A stretch of DNA of 64,000 bases. Origin: Balamuthia mandrillaris. Taxonomy: Eukaryota. A program made the translations under genes and the position numbers. Location: NCBI GenBank assembly GCA_031835245.2, contig JAVKOQ020000008.1, positions 62,001 through 126,000 of the forward strand, written 5' to 3'. Below the pieces are notes generated by a model. That model had not been told where the DNA came from. It made no database searches and saw only the letters and a list, made by a program, of their open reading frames with translations. Of the stretch, positions 14,519 to 27,791 are shown in pieces; the stretch's first letter is position 1; every line of letters begins with the position of its first letter.

Positions 14519-16749
14519 TTACCAGAATTTAATGGTGATGTTATAAACATGCAGAACAGAAGCGACGAGGGAGGCGATGAGGAGGTAGGCGGTCAAAACT
14601 GTGAGAGCGGTTGTGTCGCTGGCAAAGATGGTCTTCATTCCAAAGTTGACCACACCAACTAACAAGTTGCACTGCACAAGGTGGAAAAAAAAACGCAGGA
14701 TGAGAACCAAAGTGTGTGAGAGAAACAAAAGAAGGAAAAACGAACCAAAAGAAAGAAGAAAAGTTGATTGCGGTTGATTGCAGTGAACAAGTTGGTAGGT
14801 GAAGAAGGAGCGGAAACAAGAACAAGGTCCAGACAGAGCAAGGGCCATAACGTTTGTAGGTTGAGAGCCAAGGTGTAGAAGACATATGTTGCATTCACCT
14901 ACAAATACGTTTTGAGGTAAATATTAAAAGCAATATGGAAGAGAGGAAAGATAGATATAAAGCAGCACAATAGGCAAGAGGAAGCAGAAGGCAGAGAAGA
15001 AAGAAGTGGAAAAAAGGTACCATGCGTCGTGAACTTGGTTCGATAAAGTGTTCAGCAACGAGTGCTAACACCCAGAAGAGGAGGCTGAGTAGAAGGAGGC
15101 GTTGAAATACCGACCTCCACTCTTTCCGGCCGCGCCCTTCGGAACGCAACACAAAGTTACCCAATTGTGCGCCTATAAAGTATAACGCCAAGTAACCTTT
15201 GCCGAGGATATCAAAAAACGTGAACAACATGAAAAAGGCCAGAAAAACAGTGCCTGAAGTTAAATACCAATGGAACTGCAAAAGCCTTCTTTGTTTTGAT
15301 GAAACAAGTTGGTTCGTGGATGTTCCAGAATGTATTCTCTTAAACCCATGTTACTCAGGCAAAACTGATAGCCTTTTTTTTTTTTGTTGCAATGAGATAG
15401 TGCCAACTGCGAAAGAAGAGAAAGGGCGGAGAAAAGCGAACCAGTCAACAGAGCAAAGCCAAAAAGTGCACTATACGAGACTGGTAAACTTAGCATGCTT
15501 GCAAGAAACGAAATCAATGCAAGGGTAAAGAAAAAGTTCCAATGCACTCCATACTCGCTTACGTGTTCCTGTTATATGACAAATAAACAAAACGTAGCAG
15601 GCAGAAGAAGAATTAATATACCTGATAGTCCGTTCCTTTGACCATGGCGAGCCGAACAAAGCCAAGAATAAGCAGAGGCAGCGCTCTGTAGATGCATCGC
15701 AATAACCCATTTCGTTCTTTTCCTTCCCTATACGTCAGCGCTGCAGAGAGCACAAAGCAACCCACTCCTATGTCCATCTTTTCGTTGAATTCAAACGCAA
15801 TAAGAAGAAAAGAAGAAAAGAAAAGCAGCAAGCGAAGGATAAGAATAAGGACTATCAGCAGAAGTAGAAGATGAACTCAGAAACTACCAAGGACAAGCCA
15901 TAACTCTCGGTCTTGGCAAAGCGTCGAGGAAAGATCGGAAAGTCGACTGCTAGAATGCAAATGCAGGTAGCCAGCATCATCCCACTGCGATAATAAGTGA
16001 GAAAAGGCTTTCGTTGTTGCTGTAAAGGTGCCAAATATGCTGCTGACGTTGTTGTGTTATCATCAGTCTTCTTCACATTTCTCTCGTTGTAAGCGCTTTG
16101 AAAGAGTGGCTTCTGCGATACTCTTATTTGAAAGAGCATCAGAGTCATGAAGTAGAGAAATGAAGGAGAGAAGGTGAGAATGCGAGCAGAAAAGAGAAAT
16201 GAGAAGAGAAAAGAGAGAAGAGAGCAAGAGAGGAGAGACAAGAGAGAGAAGAGAGAGAAGAGAGAGAAGAGCGAGAAGAGCGAGAAGAGAGAAGAGAGAA
16301 GAGAGAGAAGAGAGAAGAGAGAGAAGAGAGAAGAGAGAGAAGAGAGAGAAGGTGAAGAAGAGAGGAGAAGAGAGCCGAGGAGTAAGAAAGAGCCGAGGAA
16401 GCAAAGGTGAGAACTCACTAACAGTTGAGAATAGGCAGCAAAGGCAAAAGTAACAGCAACCAAGGCGGCATAAATGAGGAGCATATGCTGTGGCAGCGTG
16501 AACACCAGCAACATGGGCATTACCAACAACGCAAAGTCCACCACGAAAGAGGACTGTCTCATCGTCGAGGCAACGACTCTGTGAGCCAACGTTGAGACCT
16601 ACCAATAACAAATTTTGTGAGAAAGATGAACAAAAGAGAAGAGATGGATGGAGTACAGGTAAAACAAGAAGCAGCAAAGCGAGCTCAAGAGCGGAGCCAC
16701 CTTCATGTCCACTCACAAACTGTTCTTTCTGCTGCTTGTAGCTGTCCAT
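14519..16749 (-). CDS. PIGW: GPI inositol acyltransferase PIG-W/GWT1, multi-exon
   Basis: [72 protein letters not shown] and PSSRRM are GWT1-family motifs. Confidence 0.95.
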
Positions 16750-16799
16750 CGTTTTACAGAGTGCGTTACGCCCGCTTCTTTCTTTCTTTCTTCCCTACC

Positions 16800-16911
16800 G
16801 TCGACAAAAATCGGAAGTTTCCGTTGTCGACAGCAAATCAGTCACGTCGTCACAAGTCCGCAAATAATATGTCGACATTATTGTAATTCGTGTCGTCTTG
16901 ATAAAGTCGAC
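16800..16911. promoter_or_regulatory. Cluster of four GTCGAC palindromes in the divergent PIGW/PP2C promoter
   Basis: GTCGAC at 16800, 16826, 16871 and 16906. Confidence 0.55.
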
Positions 16912-16983
16912 ATTAAACTATATATGGCCATTCCATTCACATACAGGAATCTCAACAAGCAACAACAAGAACGAACAACAAAA

Positions 16984-18746
16984 ATGCATCCAGACAGCCC
17001 GGTGATAGAGCGTGTATCACGTTCGGCGCAGGAGTATCCCAGGTTGAAACGATGGGGGGCCTTCATGGACAGAGGCCGACGCGGAGAAGACCGCTTCGTC
17101 GTCTTGGAAAATATCGGGCGACCGTTCAGACGTCAAGCTCGTTACAATAGCTCCAGTCGTTTCGACCAACAACCAGAGCAGCTTTCAAAGGAAGAAGAAG
17201 AAGAAGAAGGGGTAGGGTCAACGAGTCAAGCTGTAGAGGAAGAAGGACCGTCGTACTTTGCTGTGATAGACGGCCACAGAGGGCAGCACTGTGCGGAATT
17301 TGTAAAGAACCGCTTGCACAGACATATTTTTTCTCCCGAGGCTCGTTCCCTCTTCTGGCTTCCTCCCAAAGAAGCCCCTGATGTTGAAAGGTTTTTTTTT
17401 TCATTTTTGTTTCTTGTTTTGTTTTGTTTCTGTTCTTTCTTGCATCATTGTTCTTGTTCTTGTTTGGGTTCTTCTTTTTCTTGTTCTTCTGCTGCGTTCT
17501 TGTTCCTCTTCTTGTTCTTCTTGTTCTTGTTCTTGTTCTTCTTCTTCTTCTTCTTCTTCTTCCCTCTTCTTCCCTCTTTGTTTCTTACTCTTCTCAAAAC
17601 AAAACAAATAATAGTATAACAGAGCACATCATTAAAGCCTTTGCCGAAGTGGAGGAGCTCTTCCTCTCTCGCGCCCGTCGCAAAGGCCACAAGAGCGGCT
17701 GCTGCGTGACGGCCGCCATCCTGGTCCGCTCTCACCTCTTCGTGGCCAACTTGGGCGACTGTCGAGCCGTGCTTGCCCAAAGGAACCACGGCTGGAAGGC
17801 CTTTGTGGCGGCGCAGTACACTCCCGTTTTCCTGACGGAGGACCATGAACCGATAGAGAACAAAGTGGAGAGGGAAAGGCTGGCAAAGTATGGCCCCGAG
17901 TTAGTAGACAAGGACGGGAGGTTGTTGGGAAAGATCTTAGTCTCCAGGGCGTTTGGAGATTATAGCTTGAAACAGATGAAGCCTCCTACACATCCTCCAG
18001 GTTTGTTGTTTCTTGTATTGTTGTTCTCCTTGTTGTTCTTGTTCTTTTGCTGCTTTGTTCTCTTCTTGTTCTTCTTCTTCTTGTTCTTGTTCTTCTTCTT
18101 CATGTTGTTAAGCTGCTAACATTCATACAACAAAACAGTACAGCCTCCTAAAACGTATGCAGGAAAGTTGCTCTACTGGTGGTTAGGCAAAGAAATACCC
18201 ACTCCTCCTCCTTCCCCCTCTCTACCTCCCTCTCCTTCTACAGCTTCTCCTCCCACCAACGAAGCCAAAGAGGAACAAGAGCAAGAAGCCTTCAAAGAAG
18301 TGGAGCTCAAAGAGCTGGATGCAGCAAAGATGAAAGCGGAGGAGCAGGTGCTCATCGCAGTGCCCGATGTGCGAGTGCACTGCTTGACGGAGCGAGACAA
18401 GTTCTTGGTATTGGCCAGCGATGGCTTGTGGGTCGTTCTCAGTGCTGGAACGGTGATTGATGCAGTTGCCGAACAATTGGAGGAAACGACAGCAGCAGCA
18501 ACCGCAAAGGAAGGAGAGAATGGTGCTAAGAAAAGTAATAAGGAGAAAGGTGCAGAGAGTAACAGCAGCAGTGAAGAGGAAGAAGAAGAAGAAGAAGAAA
18601 AAGATGAAGAAGAAGAAGCCAAGAAATCGGAAAAGATGTCCCTTAGGCAGAAAGAGATGGACGATGTGTGCGTGAACTTGGTGGCTGCAGCGAGGGCTCA
18701 GGAGTCACATGACGATGTTGCCGTCGTTTTGGCTTCTTTTGTGTAA
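16984..18746 (+). CDS. Protein phosphatase 2C (PPM family), 3 exons
   Basis: GRRGEDR, YFAVIDGHRG, SGCCVTAA, ANLGDCRAVL, TEDHEP, VSRAFGD, FLVLASDGLW, SHDDVAV. Confidence 0.93.
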
Positions 18747-18749
18747 ACT

Positions 18750-18794
<45 letters not shown>

Positions 18795-18911
18795 TTGCTT
18801 CTTCGGGTTTCGCAACAACACACGCCGGTAATATACATAAAACTTGGTATATAACGTAACTATAACATAACTTTTAGGCTCGTTTCGCTTAACAACAAAC
18901 AGCAACTGATT

Positions 18912-18961
<50 letters not shown>

Positions 18962-18968
18962 GAAAAAA

Positions 18969-19231
18969 ATGCAAATGGCAGAGGAGCTCGCAAGGCGAAG
19001 AGAACGGTTGCGGAGCATAGAGACCAAAGACCGAAGCGTGCCTGTCCTTACCGCCGGTACTTCAGCTCTTGTGAGTTTTCAAAGAAAGTAAAACTAGCTA
19101 AAAGCTTCTTCTTGCTTCAGACGTCTCGCCGGAAGTGAAGCGCCTCAGAGAACACATTAACGCCGTCAACCTCGAAAACTGGTACTCGCAGCTTCAGGTA
19201 TCCTAACTTCTGTTTTCTCTGTTGTTCCTTC

Positions 19232-19268
<37 letters not shown>

Positions 19269-20671
19269 CTCTCTTCTCGCTCTTCTCTCTTTCTCTCGTG
19301 TCTCTCTCTCTCTCTCTCTCTCTCGCTCTTCTCTCTTGTTTCTTTTCTCTTCGTTTAATATCACAAAGCAATACACGTTCGAGACAGCGTTCCTGAACTT
19401 GTCGTTGGAGGAGGCCCGTGCCATCTTAGCCGTTCACAAATGCAATAAAAGTCGCCAACCACAACAACAAGAACAAGGAGCTGAAGCTGCTGAACCACAA
19501 CTGGTGTTAGCATCATTGAAACAACGCATCGATGAAGCCTTGAAACCGTTCGTCATGGAGGAAGGAGCAGGAGGAGCGTTTGTTCGCCTCTCCTCACGTT
19601 CGCCGAAAGATGCCACCATCGCCGGCGAGAAGACCATGCAGCTCTTTGAAGAGGAACTGGAACGAATGGAAGAGAGAGAACAGAAGGAAGAAGGCCAAAG
19701 TGGCATGAACGTGAGAGACGATGAGAATTCGAGGTTGGTGGCTCTGCTTGTGGCTTCCACGAAAGTGATGATGGTTAGAACTGGCGACGAAGCCTTAAAG
19801 CTCTTCATTGTACGCATCTTTAGCTTTGACTTCTTGTTCATCGTTTCCTCTATTCTCTCTTGTTGGTGGGCTTCCTCTTTCTTAAGTTATGTTGTTTATT
19901 CTAGACAAGCGAACGAAGCTATGAAGACTTGGTGCTTGCGCTAGAGTTCCCAGAGAAATGGGACATGAAAGTCATCATCCGTGAATGGGTGGACATTCAT
20001 CCTTGTACGTGTTCTTCCTTTGTTGTTTACTGTAGTCCTGAGGGTAACTCACTGTTATTTTTTCTTTGGAACGTGTGCATCAGCGATGGAGTTTAGAGGA
20101 TTCGTCTACAACAAGAACCTTACAGCACTTTCACAGTACTTTTATGTCGCATTCTTTCCTCAACTGCAGCAGCACAAAGACTCCATCTGTGCCAAAATTC
20201 AAGGTTTTCTCTCGCTGTCTTCTCTCAGTTCTTTCGCCGCTTCCCCGGTCTTGTGGAGGTTCTTTACTTACTTGGTTCATTGCGCTTGCAGAGTGTTATG
20301 ACAAAGTGAAGGGCCTCATTCCAATTGATAACTTCATCATCGACTTTGCCATTCTTGATGATGGCCAAGTTCTCGTTATTGAACTCAATCCTTACCACAA
20401 GTACGAAACCTCTCCCTTCTCTTCACCTCTCTGCTTCTCTGCTTCATCTCTTCTCCTCACTCTTCCCTATTTACTCTTCTCTTTGCATTTCTCATCTTCA
20501 CCCAAAAGTGGAACAGATGCAAGTTTGTTTAGTTGGAAGACAGATCGCAGTGTCCTGGAGGGAGAGGCCCCCTTTGAGTTTCGCTTCCGGGAGGCTCCTT
20601 TCGACGTCAAAGCAACCATCATTGATCTCTGGAAAGATATTGTGCGTGCACCCTCCTCCACCTCTCCCTGA
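18969..20671 (+). CDS. Cdc123/R2K-clade ATP-grasp protein with N-terminal WH2-like motif, paralog 1 (multi-exon)
   Basis: Spliced product: M(Q)MAEELARRRERLRSIETKDRSVP...NLENWY...AFVRLSSRSPKDA...SERSYEDL...IIREWVDI...MEFRGFVY...ALSQY...IIDFAIL...IELNPY...DASLFSW. First intron 19057-19120. Confidence 0.85.
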
Positions 20672-20791
20672 ACCCATTCATTCGCGTGTTTCTCCTCCTA
20701 GGATCCCGTTCGTTTTATACTGTGCTGTAATAAACAACTCTTGAAGAAAAGAAAAAGAAAGAAAAGAAGAGAAAAGAAAAAGAAAAAGAAA

Positions 20792-20822
<31 letters not shown>

Positions 20823-20985
20823 GAAAAAGAAAAAGAAAAAGAAAAGAATCAATCGTTAGGATCTTCCAACCAAAAATCAAAAAATGAGATCTGTCATCAA
20901 GATTAGTCAATCAAAAATCAAAAAAACAGTTATGGGAATGCTTACAAATCAAAAACGAACGCAAAGGGAAACGAAAGCATAACAA

Positions 20986-22714
20986 ATGTCTCTGGTGGAA
21001 GAGCTGCAACGCAAGAAAGGAGGGCTGCGCACCGTGCAAGAACTCAAAGACCGAAGCAAGCCTCTTCTGGATGGTATCTTTTCTCTTTTTTTTTTTTCTA
21101 AAAAAAATTACCAAACAAACATGGACCTGTCTCGTTTTTTTGCTTGACATCGATGCCGCACCAGAGTGCAACAATAGCAGTAGGTCGGGAGTACAGGACT
21201 TTAAGAACAATATTCACGCCGTCAACCTTGAAAACTGGTATCCTCAGCTGAAGGTATGCATTTCTTTATTATTTTTTCTTTTTTTTCTTATTTTTTTTTA
21301 ATTCACTTTATTTTTTCTTTATTCGTTGTGTTATTTTTTCTTTATTCGTTGGTTGCGTTTAACAAAACAAAACAAAACACTAGGAATACACTTTTGAAAC
21401 AACCTTCTTGAACCTCTCGCAAGAGGAGGCTCGTGCTATAGTCTCCACTTATCAACAAAAACAAAGACAGGAATGCGGCAAAGAACAACCTGCAGCAGAA
21501 GAAGAAGAACAGCTCCATCTTCTATCTCAACTCAAAGAACGTATCAACGACGGAATCAAAGCATTTGTTGGTGGAGAAGGTGAAGACGGAGGAGCGTTTG
21601 TTCGGCTGTCCACTCGTTCGCCCAAGGACGCGACGATTGCAGGAGACAAGACGATGAGACTGTTTGAAGAAGAGCTGGAGCGAATGGAAAAGGAAGAACA
21701 AGTGGAGAACGCGAGAGAGGATGAGAACGCGAGGTTGGTGGCGTTGATTGTAGCTTCCACCAAAGCCATGATGGTTCGCAGCGGGGAGGAAGCGTTACAG
21801 CTCATTACTGTTTGTATCTTTGTGCTTTGTTTCTACATTCTTCTTGTTCTTCTCCGTGTCTTCTTCTTCTTCTTCTTCTTCTTCTTCTTGTTTTTCTTTT
21901 CTTCTTCTTCTTCTTGTTCTTCTTCTTCTTCTCCTTCTTCTTCTTCTCCTTCTTTTGGCTAACGTAGTAATGGCCAGACAAGCGAACGAAGCCACGAAGA
22001 TCTGTTATTGGCATTGGAGTTTCCTGAAGAGTGGGACATGAAAGTGATCATTAGGAAATGGGTCAACATTCATCCCTGTAAGTTCTCTCTCTCTCTCTCT
22101 CTCTGTTTTTCGTTCCTGTTACTAACGAATTACCAGCAATGGAGTTTAGAGGTTTCGTTTGCCATAAAAAGTTTACAGCGTTGTCTCAATACTTTCACAT
22201 TGCTTACTTTCCTCAACTGAAGCAACAAAGAAACTCCATCCTTGCCAACATTACTGGTTTGGTTTTTTTTTATCACACACTTTGTTTTTTCTTTTCTGAT
22301 AACGTGTTCTTCCAATGATAGAATGCTATGCCAAGGTCCAGGATCTCATTCCAGTGGATAGCTTTATTGTGGACTTTGCTGTTTTGAACGATGGTCAAGT
22401 TCTGGTTATCGAACTGAATCCCTTCCATAACTATGAAGGATGGTTCGTCTTTCCTTCTTTGCGTTGTTTCTCTTTCTTTCCTCTTCTTCTTTGTTGGGTG
22501 CTGTTCGTTTCTTGCTTCTGTTCTGTTTTTTCTTACAATCTTTTTTGCCGCACAATTAAACAGCGGAACGGATGCTGGCCTGTTTAACTGGGCGCTTGAC
22601 CGTAAAATAGTGGATGGGGAGGCCCCCTTCGAGTTTCGTGTCAGGGAGGAGGCGTTCGACGTGAAACAGAACCTTATCGGCCTTTGGAGAGACATTGTTC
22701 GCTTCCCAAAATGA
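20986..22714 (+). CDS. Cdc123/R2K-clade ATP-grasp protein with N-terminal WH2-like motif, paralog 2 (multi-exon)
   Basis: MSLVEELQRKKGGLRTVQELKDRSKP...NLENWY...FVRLSTRSPKDA...MEFRGFV...IVDFAVL...IELNPF...DAGLFNW. Intron positions largely match paralog 1. Confidence 0.85.
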
Positions 22715-22950
22715 TGATGCTTCATTCATTCCTCCCTATTTCTTAATTTTTTTTATCTTTTGTTGTTTGCATATTTTTTTTCCCGGTTTGTTATCTCCTT
22801 CTCTCTCTTGTTTCTCTTTCAGAATGCATGTCGTCGTTGCTCTTCCTCTTTCTGCTGTTCGCTTTGTCGTCCGCTCTCCTCTTCGCTTTGGCACTTTATC
22901 GAATACTGTAAAAATAAATAAATTTAAATAATTAATGATTATTTTTTTGT

Positions 22951-22984
22951 GTCGACATTGTATTCACGTCGACGTTATGTCGAC
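22951..22984. promoter_or_regulatory. Cluster of three GTCGAC palindromes
   Basis: GTCGAC at 22951, 22968 and 22979 in AT-rich intergenic DNA. Confidence 0.5.
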
Positions 22985-23672
22985 ATTAATAATTTTTGTA
23001 GACATTCTGCACCGCAGCAAAGAAAGGATGGAAGACGAAGGTCGTCCGGTTCGTTCGACCGTCAACAAGATTGCATGAATCGTCAGCCGAGCGGGGGTAC
23101 CGATGCTTCCTCTCCGCTGGTTTTTTCCTGTAATTTTTTTTATTTATTTTGGCTTGCTTTTCAAACATGTCACAAAACCCCAATTTATTTATTGTCTTTA
23201 TAACAATTTATTTAGTGGATATCTGTGCATTCATGGTTATAGACCATTCTGCCCTCTTTTGTTGCTGACTCCGGTGAAGCTCATACAGAAAAAGGACCGA
23301 GCAGTTCCTTCTTGCTTTTCAAACATGTCTCGCATTCCCAGAACCACTTTGGGCTTGGCATCAGAGAGCAAGGGAAATGAATTGAAGGAAGAAGGGATGG
23401 GAGTGGCCCGTGCCCCGTCCGGAGGGAGAAACGCGGCAAGACAAAAAGGAAAAAGGGAGATATATTGACCTCGTGACTCCACCGCATAGATCCATGGTTC
23501 TGTTGGTGCTTTAGTAATAAGCAACAGATGTTTGTGACCCAACCTATATTACTATACTTGTGTCTCCAAACAGGTATTTAAACGGACTCGAATTGTCTGC
23601 TTCTTCCTTTCCATCACCGACAAACAACCAACCAAACAAACAAACTGAACTGAACTGAACCACATAAACGAA

Positions 23673-25342
23673 ATGCAAACCAAAAGTTTGTTGATGCTGT
23701 TTGCCGGAGCTTTGCTCCTGTGCTGCATGGCTGCCTCCGCGGTCGCAGAAGAAGTCGACTTTGGCGACATTTATGGTTCGTTTGTTCTTTCACTTTCTCC
23801 TGCTTCCCTTTCCACTAACTTAAACCCATGTCTAGCTCGCTCGAGAGAACTTCCTGAGGAAAGAGAGGTGCTGGAGAGCATTACCTTCCAAATCCATCCC
23901 AACCCCAAAGGCATGATGCAACGCCGCACCGTCACCAACTCCACTTTTAACAGCGGCCACTCCCTGACCCTCTCCTTCAAGGCCCTGCAGCGTGAGTTCT
24001 CCGCCTCGCTGCACCACAACGCCGAAGTCTTCCACCCTCAGGCCGTGGTCTCCATTCTCTCCGAGGGCGAGCTGGTGGAGTCCTACGCTCCCGAGAGCAA
24101 TGCCTACCTCGGCGAGGCCACCATCGATGGACGTGAACGAGCCTCTGTCTCTGCCGTGCTGGTGGATCGGGAGAAGGGCATCTTCCACATGAGCATCATG
24201 TCGGAGGAAGAGAGCGGTGATAGCTATGTGGTGGAGCCGACCTACCTTCACCCCACCCTGTCCAAGAGGAGCAGCGAGGACTCGGTGGTGGACATGTTGG
24301 GCAACAACATGGTGGTCTTCAAGGACAACCTCTCCGAGCTCAGCACCATCAATCCTCCTTCTCACGACCAGGACGAACATGCCGAAAGAGAAGAGCAGGC
24401 TGCTATCTCCTGTGGAACAGTTGCTGACGATGTCAGCCAAGACGACAACGAGGAGCAAGAAGGAGAAGAGGTGTTTGGAGATGCCAGCGCTACTCGCAGC
24501 TGCCCTCCCACCCGGACCAGCTATCTCCTCATGGGCGTGGCCACGGATAACCAGTACGTTCGCAAGGCAGGCGGCTCCACCGGCACCCGCAACACCGTGA
24601 CCTACATCTTCAACACCATGCAGGGCCACTACTACCGTGCCGTCCGCAACAAGCCGGTCCTCAAGTCCTTGGTCATCAACACCAGCCCCTCTTCCTCCTC
24701 CTTCTCCTCCAGCTACAACACCAACAGCTGCCCCTCCGACGTGCAGACCCGATTGACCCCCTTCTGCAACTGGAGGACCAAGCAGACCGACCGCTCCATC
24801 GGCTTGTGGCACCTGCTCTCCGGCTGCCTGCCCGACCGCAGCGGCGTGGCCGGCAGGGCCTACTACAGCGCGGTGTGCAGGTACACCACCAGGGGATGCG
24901 GCATCACCGGCTACATGGGCGGCAATGCCCGTTGGGTCATCCCTGCCCATGAGATCGGCCACAACTTTGGAGCTCGCCATTCCAGCAACATCATGGCCGT
25001 ACGTTCCTCTTCTCCTCCTCCGTTTCGTTCTGTTTGCTGTTTGTTAATCCCTTCTTTGTGGTGGCTGATAACCAGGCCTCGGTGAACAGCAGAGCAACGG
25101 CATTCTCCTCCACATCGGTGCGTGAGATGTGCAGCTACACCTTCAGCAACAGCTACCGCATGGCCTGCCTGGTGAACAGTCTGCCCAGCGGCCTGCCCTC
25201 CATCCCTGGCGTTGGCGGCGACAACGACGACGACTGTGAATGCAGGACCACAGCTTCCAACCACAACAACAAGGCCGGCTCTGAGGAGGAGTCCTCTTCT
25301 GCTGCGCCAACCGTTGGACTCATGCACCAAACTTTCTTCTAA
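23673..25342 (+). CDS. Secreted reprolysin/ADAM-type (M12B) zinc metalloprotease
   Basis: Signal peptide, pro-domain with cysteine-switch-like SCGT, zinc motif HEIGHNFGARH, Met-turn (NIMA). Introns 23776-23835 and 24999-25075. Confidence 0.88.
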
Positions 25343-25786
25343 AGTTTTGTTTTTGTTGTTTATTTATTTTTGTTTTTTGTTTTTGTTTTTCTTTCTTTTG
25401 CTCACCTGCTTACTAGCAGAAAAATATTAGCTACTTACTAGTAGCTGCTGCTATGGTAGTTTTTGTATTTGCGAACCATCAGAGTAAAAAATAAAACCTG
25501 TTCTCATTTATAGTTATGCGACTATGATTATGTTCTGCTTGCTCTCTTCTTCTTCGTCTTCTTCCCTGCTCTCCTCAGCTTACTCTTCCCCGGTTGGGCT
25601 TGGAACCCTTCGTACGTGCATGTCATAGTTCTTCTTCAACCCTTGTTGTTGTTCTTGTGTGTTCCAGCGAGGAGATATATTAACCCATGGATCGGTGGGA
25701 TGATGCACAAAGGAATGGATAAGAAAGAAAGAAAGCGAGTCACAGTCGGTTGTTCTGATGATAATAAATAATGTGTTTGTTCTGTT

Positions 25787-26518
25787 CTACGAAAAAGGGT
25801 CAAAAGTGTAGGGGTCTTCTTCTTGTGGCGAGGAGCCGAAAAGATTTGGCTGGGGCACAAAAAGAGTAGGAGAAAAAGAAGAAGGCGTTGAAGCTGATGA
25901 GGAAGACGAGGAGTGCCCGTTACTCTGCGCTCCGTTAGAGGTGTGATTGTGCGCATCAAAAGAGGATGTAGAGGAAGAAGACGACGAGAAGACAAAGAGA
26001 CGAGAAGAAGAAGAAGAAGACAAAGATGACGAAGAAGAAGCAGAAGGAGAAGATGAAGAAGGGACAGCAGGAGAAGAGGAAGAAGAAGCAGAGGAAGGTG
26101 TTGGTAAAGATATGCTGAAAGGAAGTTGATGAGGAGTTCGTCGTTGTCGCTGTTGATCGGCGAGAAAGGTTTGTAGCCCTTCCAACGTCATACAAAGCAA
26201 CTAAATGTTTCAAAAATGTTATAAATAAACGAAAAGCTAAAACAAAAGTAAAATTACCTTTTGGGCTTTGGCGATTGTCTGCATAGGTTTGCTATCAGAG
26301 AGCAAGATTATGTGACGATATTTGGCGATATGAATGAACGACATTTTGAGCGCTGAACGAATGATAGAGGGCACTTCGATGTTGTGGCTGTGAGATTCCT
26401 CCTCTGGAGCGATGGTCTGCACCATTGCCTTTGGAATGGTGCTCGTTGGAGATGAATCTAATGAATTAAAGTGGTAAGCGAGAACGAGGGATAAGAGAAG
26501 TTACAGAAGAGAGGGAGA

Positions 26519-26553
<35 letters not shown>

Positions 26554-27747
26554 AATACATTTGGTAATGTGTTGAACGGCAGCAGATGCTCTTTCAGAAG
26601 TTACTTTGAACTTAAGTTGTTGTACGTCCTCTGATGATATCTTGACCACCCATTCTCGCCCTTCCTTTCCTTCCTGTAACATAAAACAACCAATCAAAAT
26701 GTGTTTAAACAAAGTAACAGAAACTCGAAGGAGAGAAAGAGAACCTCTTCTAATATCCGGACAAGGTCAGCTATCAAGTTGTCTCGATTGAGAATAGTCT
26801 CGATGGGAACTACAATGAGGCCTCCAGAGGGAAACAAGACGTTTTGCGGCGGAGGCGGTAGGAATTGTTTCGTTTTGCAGCAGTTTTCCAGATAGGTCAT
26901 GTCTCGTATAAACAATACCCAGGGGTTCAATCGACACTCTAATATACCTGGTATCTCGCAAATCAGCTTGTGTAACACTTTGCTATTCACCTGAAAGCAA
27001 ACGAGACAAGGAGAGTCAGAGAAAAAGAGCGAGAAAACAGGAGACAAGAGAGGAGATGGAAAAAGTGTTTAGGCACGTACAATAATTAAGTTGATGTCAG
27101 CAGAGACAAGCTCGTTTTCATGCTTGTAAATGGCACCACTCGTTTTAGCCAGAAACGAAATGATGTTGGTGGCCAAGTTCGAATCGGCTATGCCGCCAGG
27201 ATCCGTTGGAGAGAATCCCACAAGGGCGTACTTCACTCCTGGCATAAATCGTTGCTGTTCTTTTGTTGAAAGACTGCCAACTTGTTGTTGCTGTTGTGGA
27301 AGAAGAGCTGCCATCGCGGAGGAGGTGGGTTTGACTTTTGGCTTTGGTTGTAACACGCAAGAAAGTTTTTTCTTATCGTGAGAACTGGGCTCTTGGTCGC
27401 TGTCCAAATAAGCTGGATAGATATACAGATTGCTAGTTGGGCTCCCAAAACACCATATCTTTGGTTGCATTTAAAACAAATGAGTTAACGCAGAACTAAA
27501 AACAAACAAAGAAAACACAAGAAACGCACCGAACGGTTATCCCAGAGAAGAGCGCTAAAGTACTCAAAGCTGCGTCGCTCACGTCCCGGAAGAACTTGCA
27601 ATGGGATGAGTGGATTGGCAGCATGCGGAGAGTTAAATGGCAACGATGCTGCTTTCTCGCCGGTAAGCATGCCTTGCGGCCAGTCACGTGCGTACTTTTG
27701 GCTATCATTGCATAAAAGTTACGGTCGTGAGCTCTAGCAGACTGAAG

Positions 27748-27791
<44 letters not shown>

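Noticed and set aside
18969..22714. Calling these canonical CDC123
   Set aside because: Motifs differ from canonical Cdc123 (RLSSRSPKD and IELNP instead of KLNWSAPKD and IDFNP), so no gene symbol was given.
23832..24980. 382-aa minus-strand ORF
   Set aside because: Shadow of the GC3-rich metalloprotease gene.
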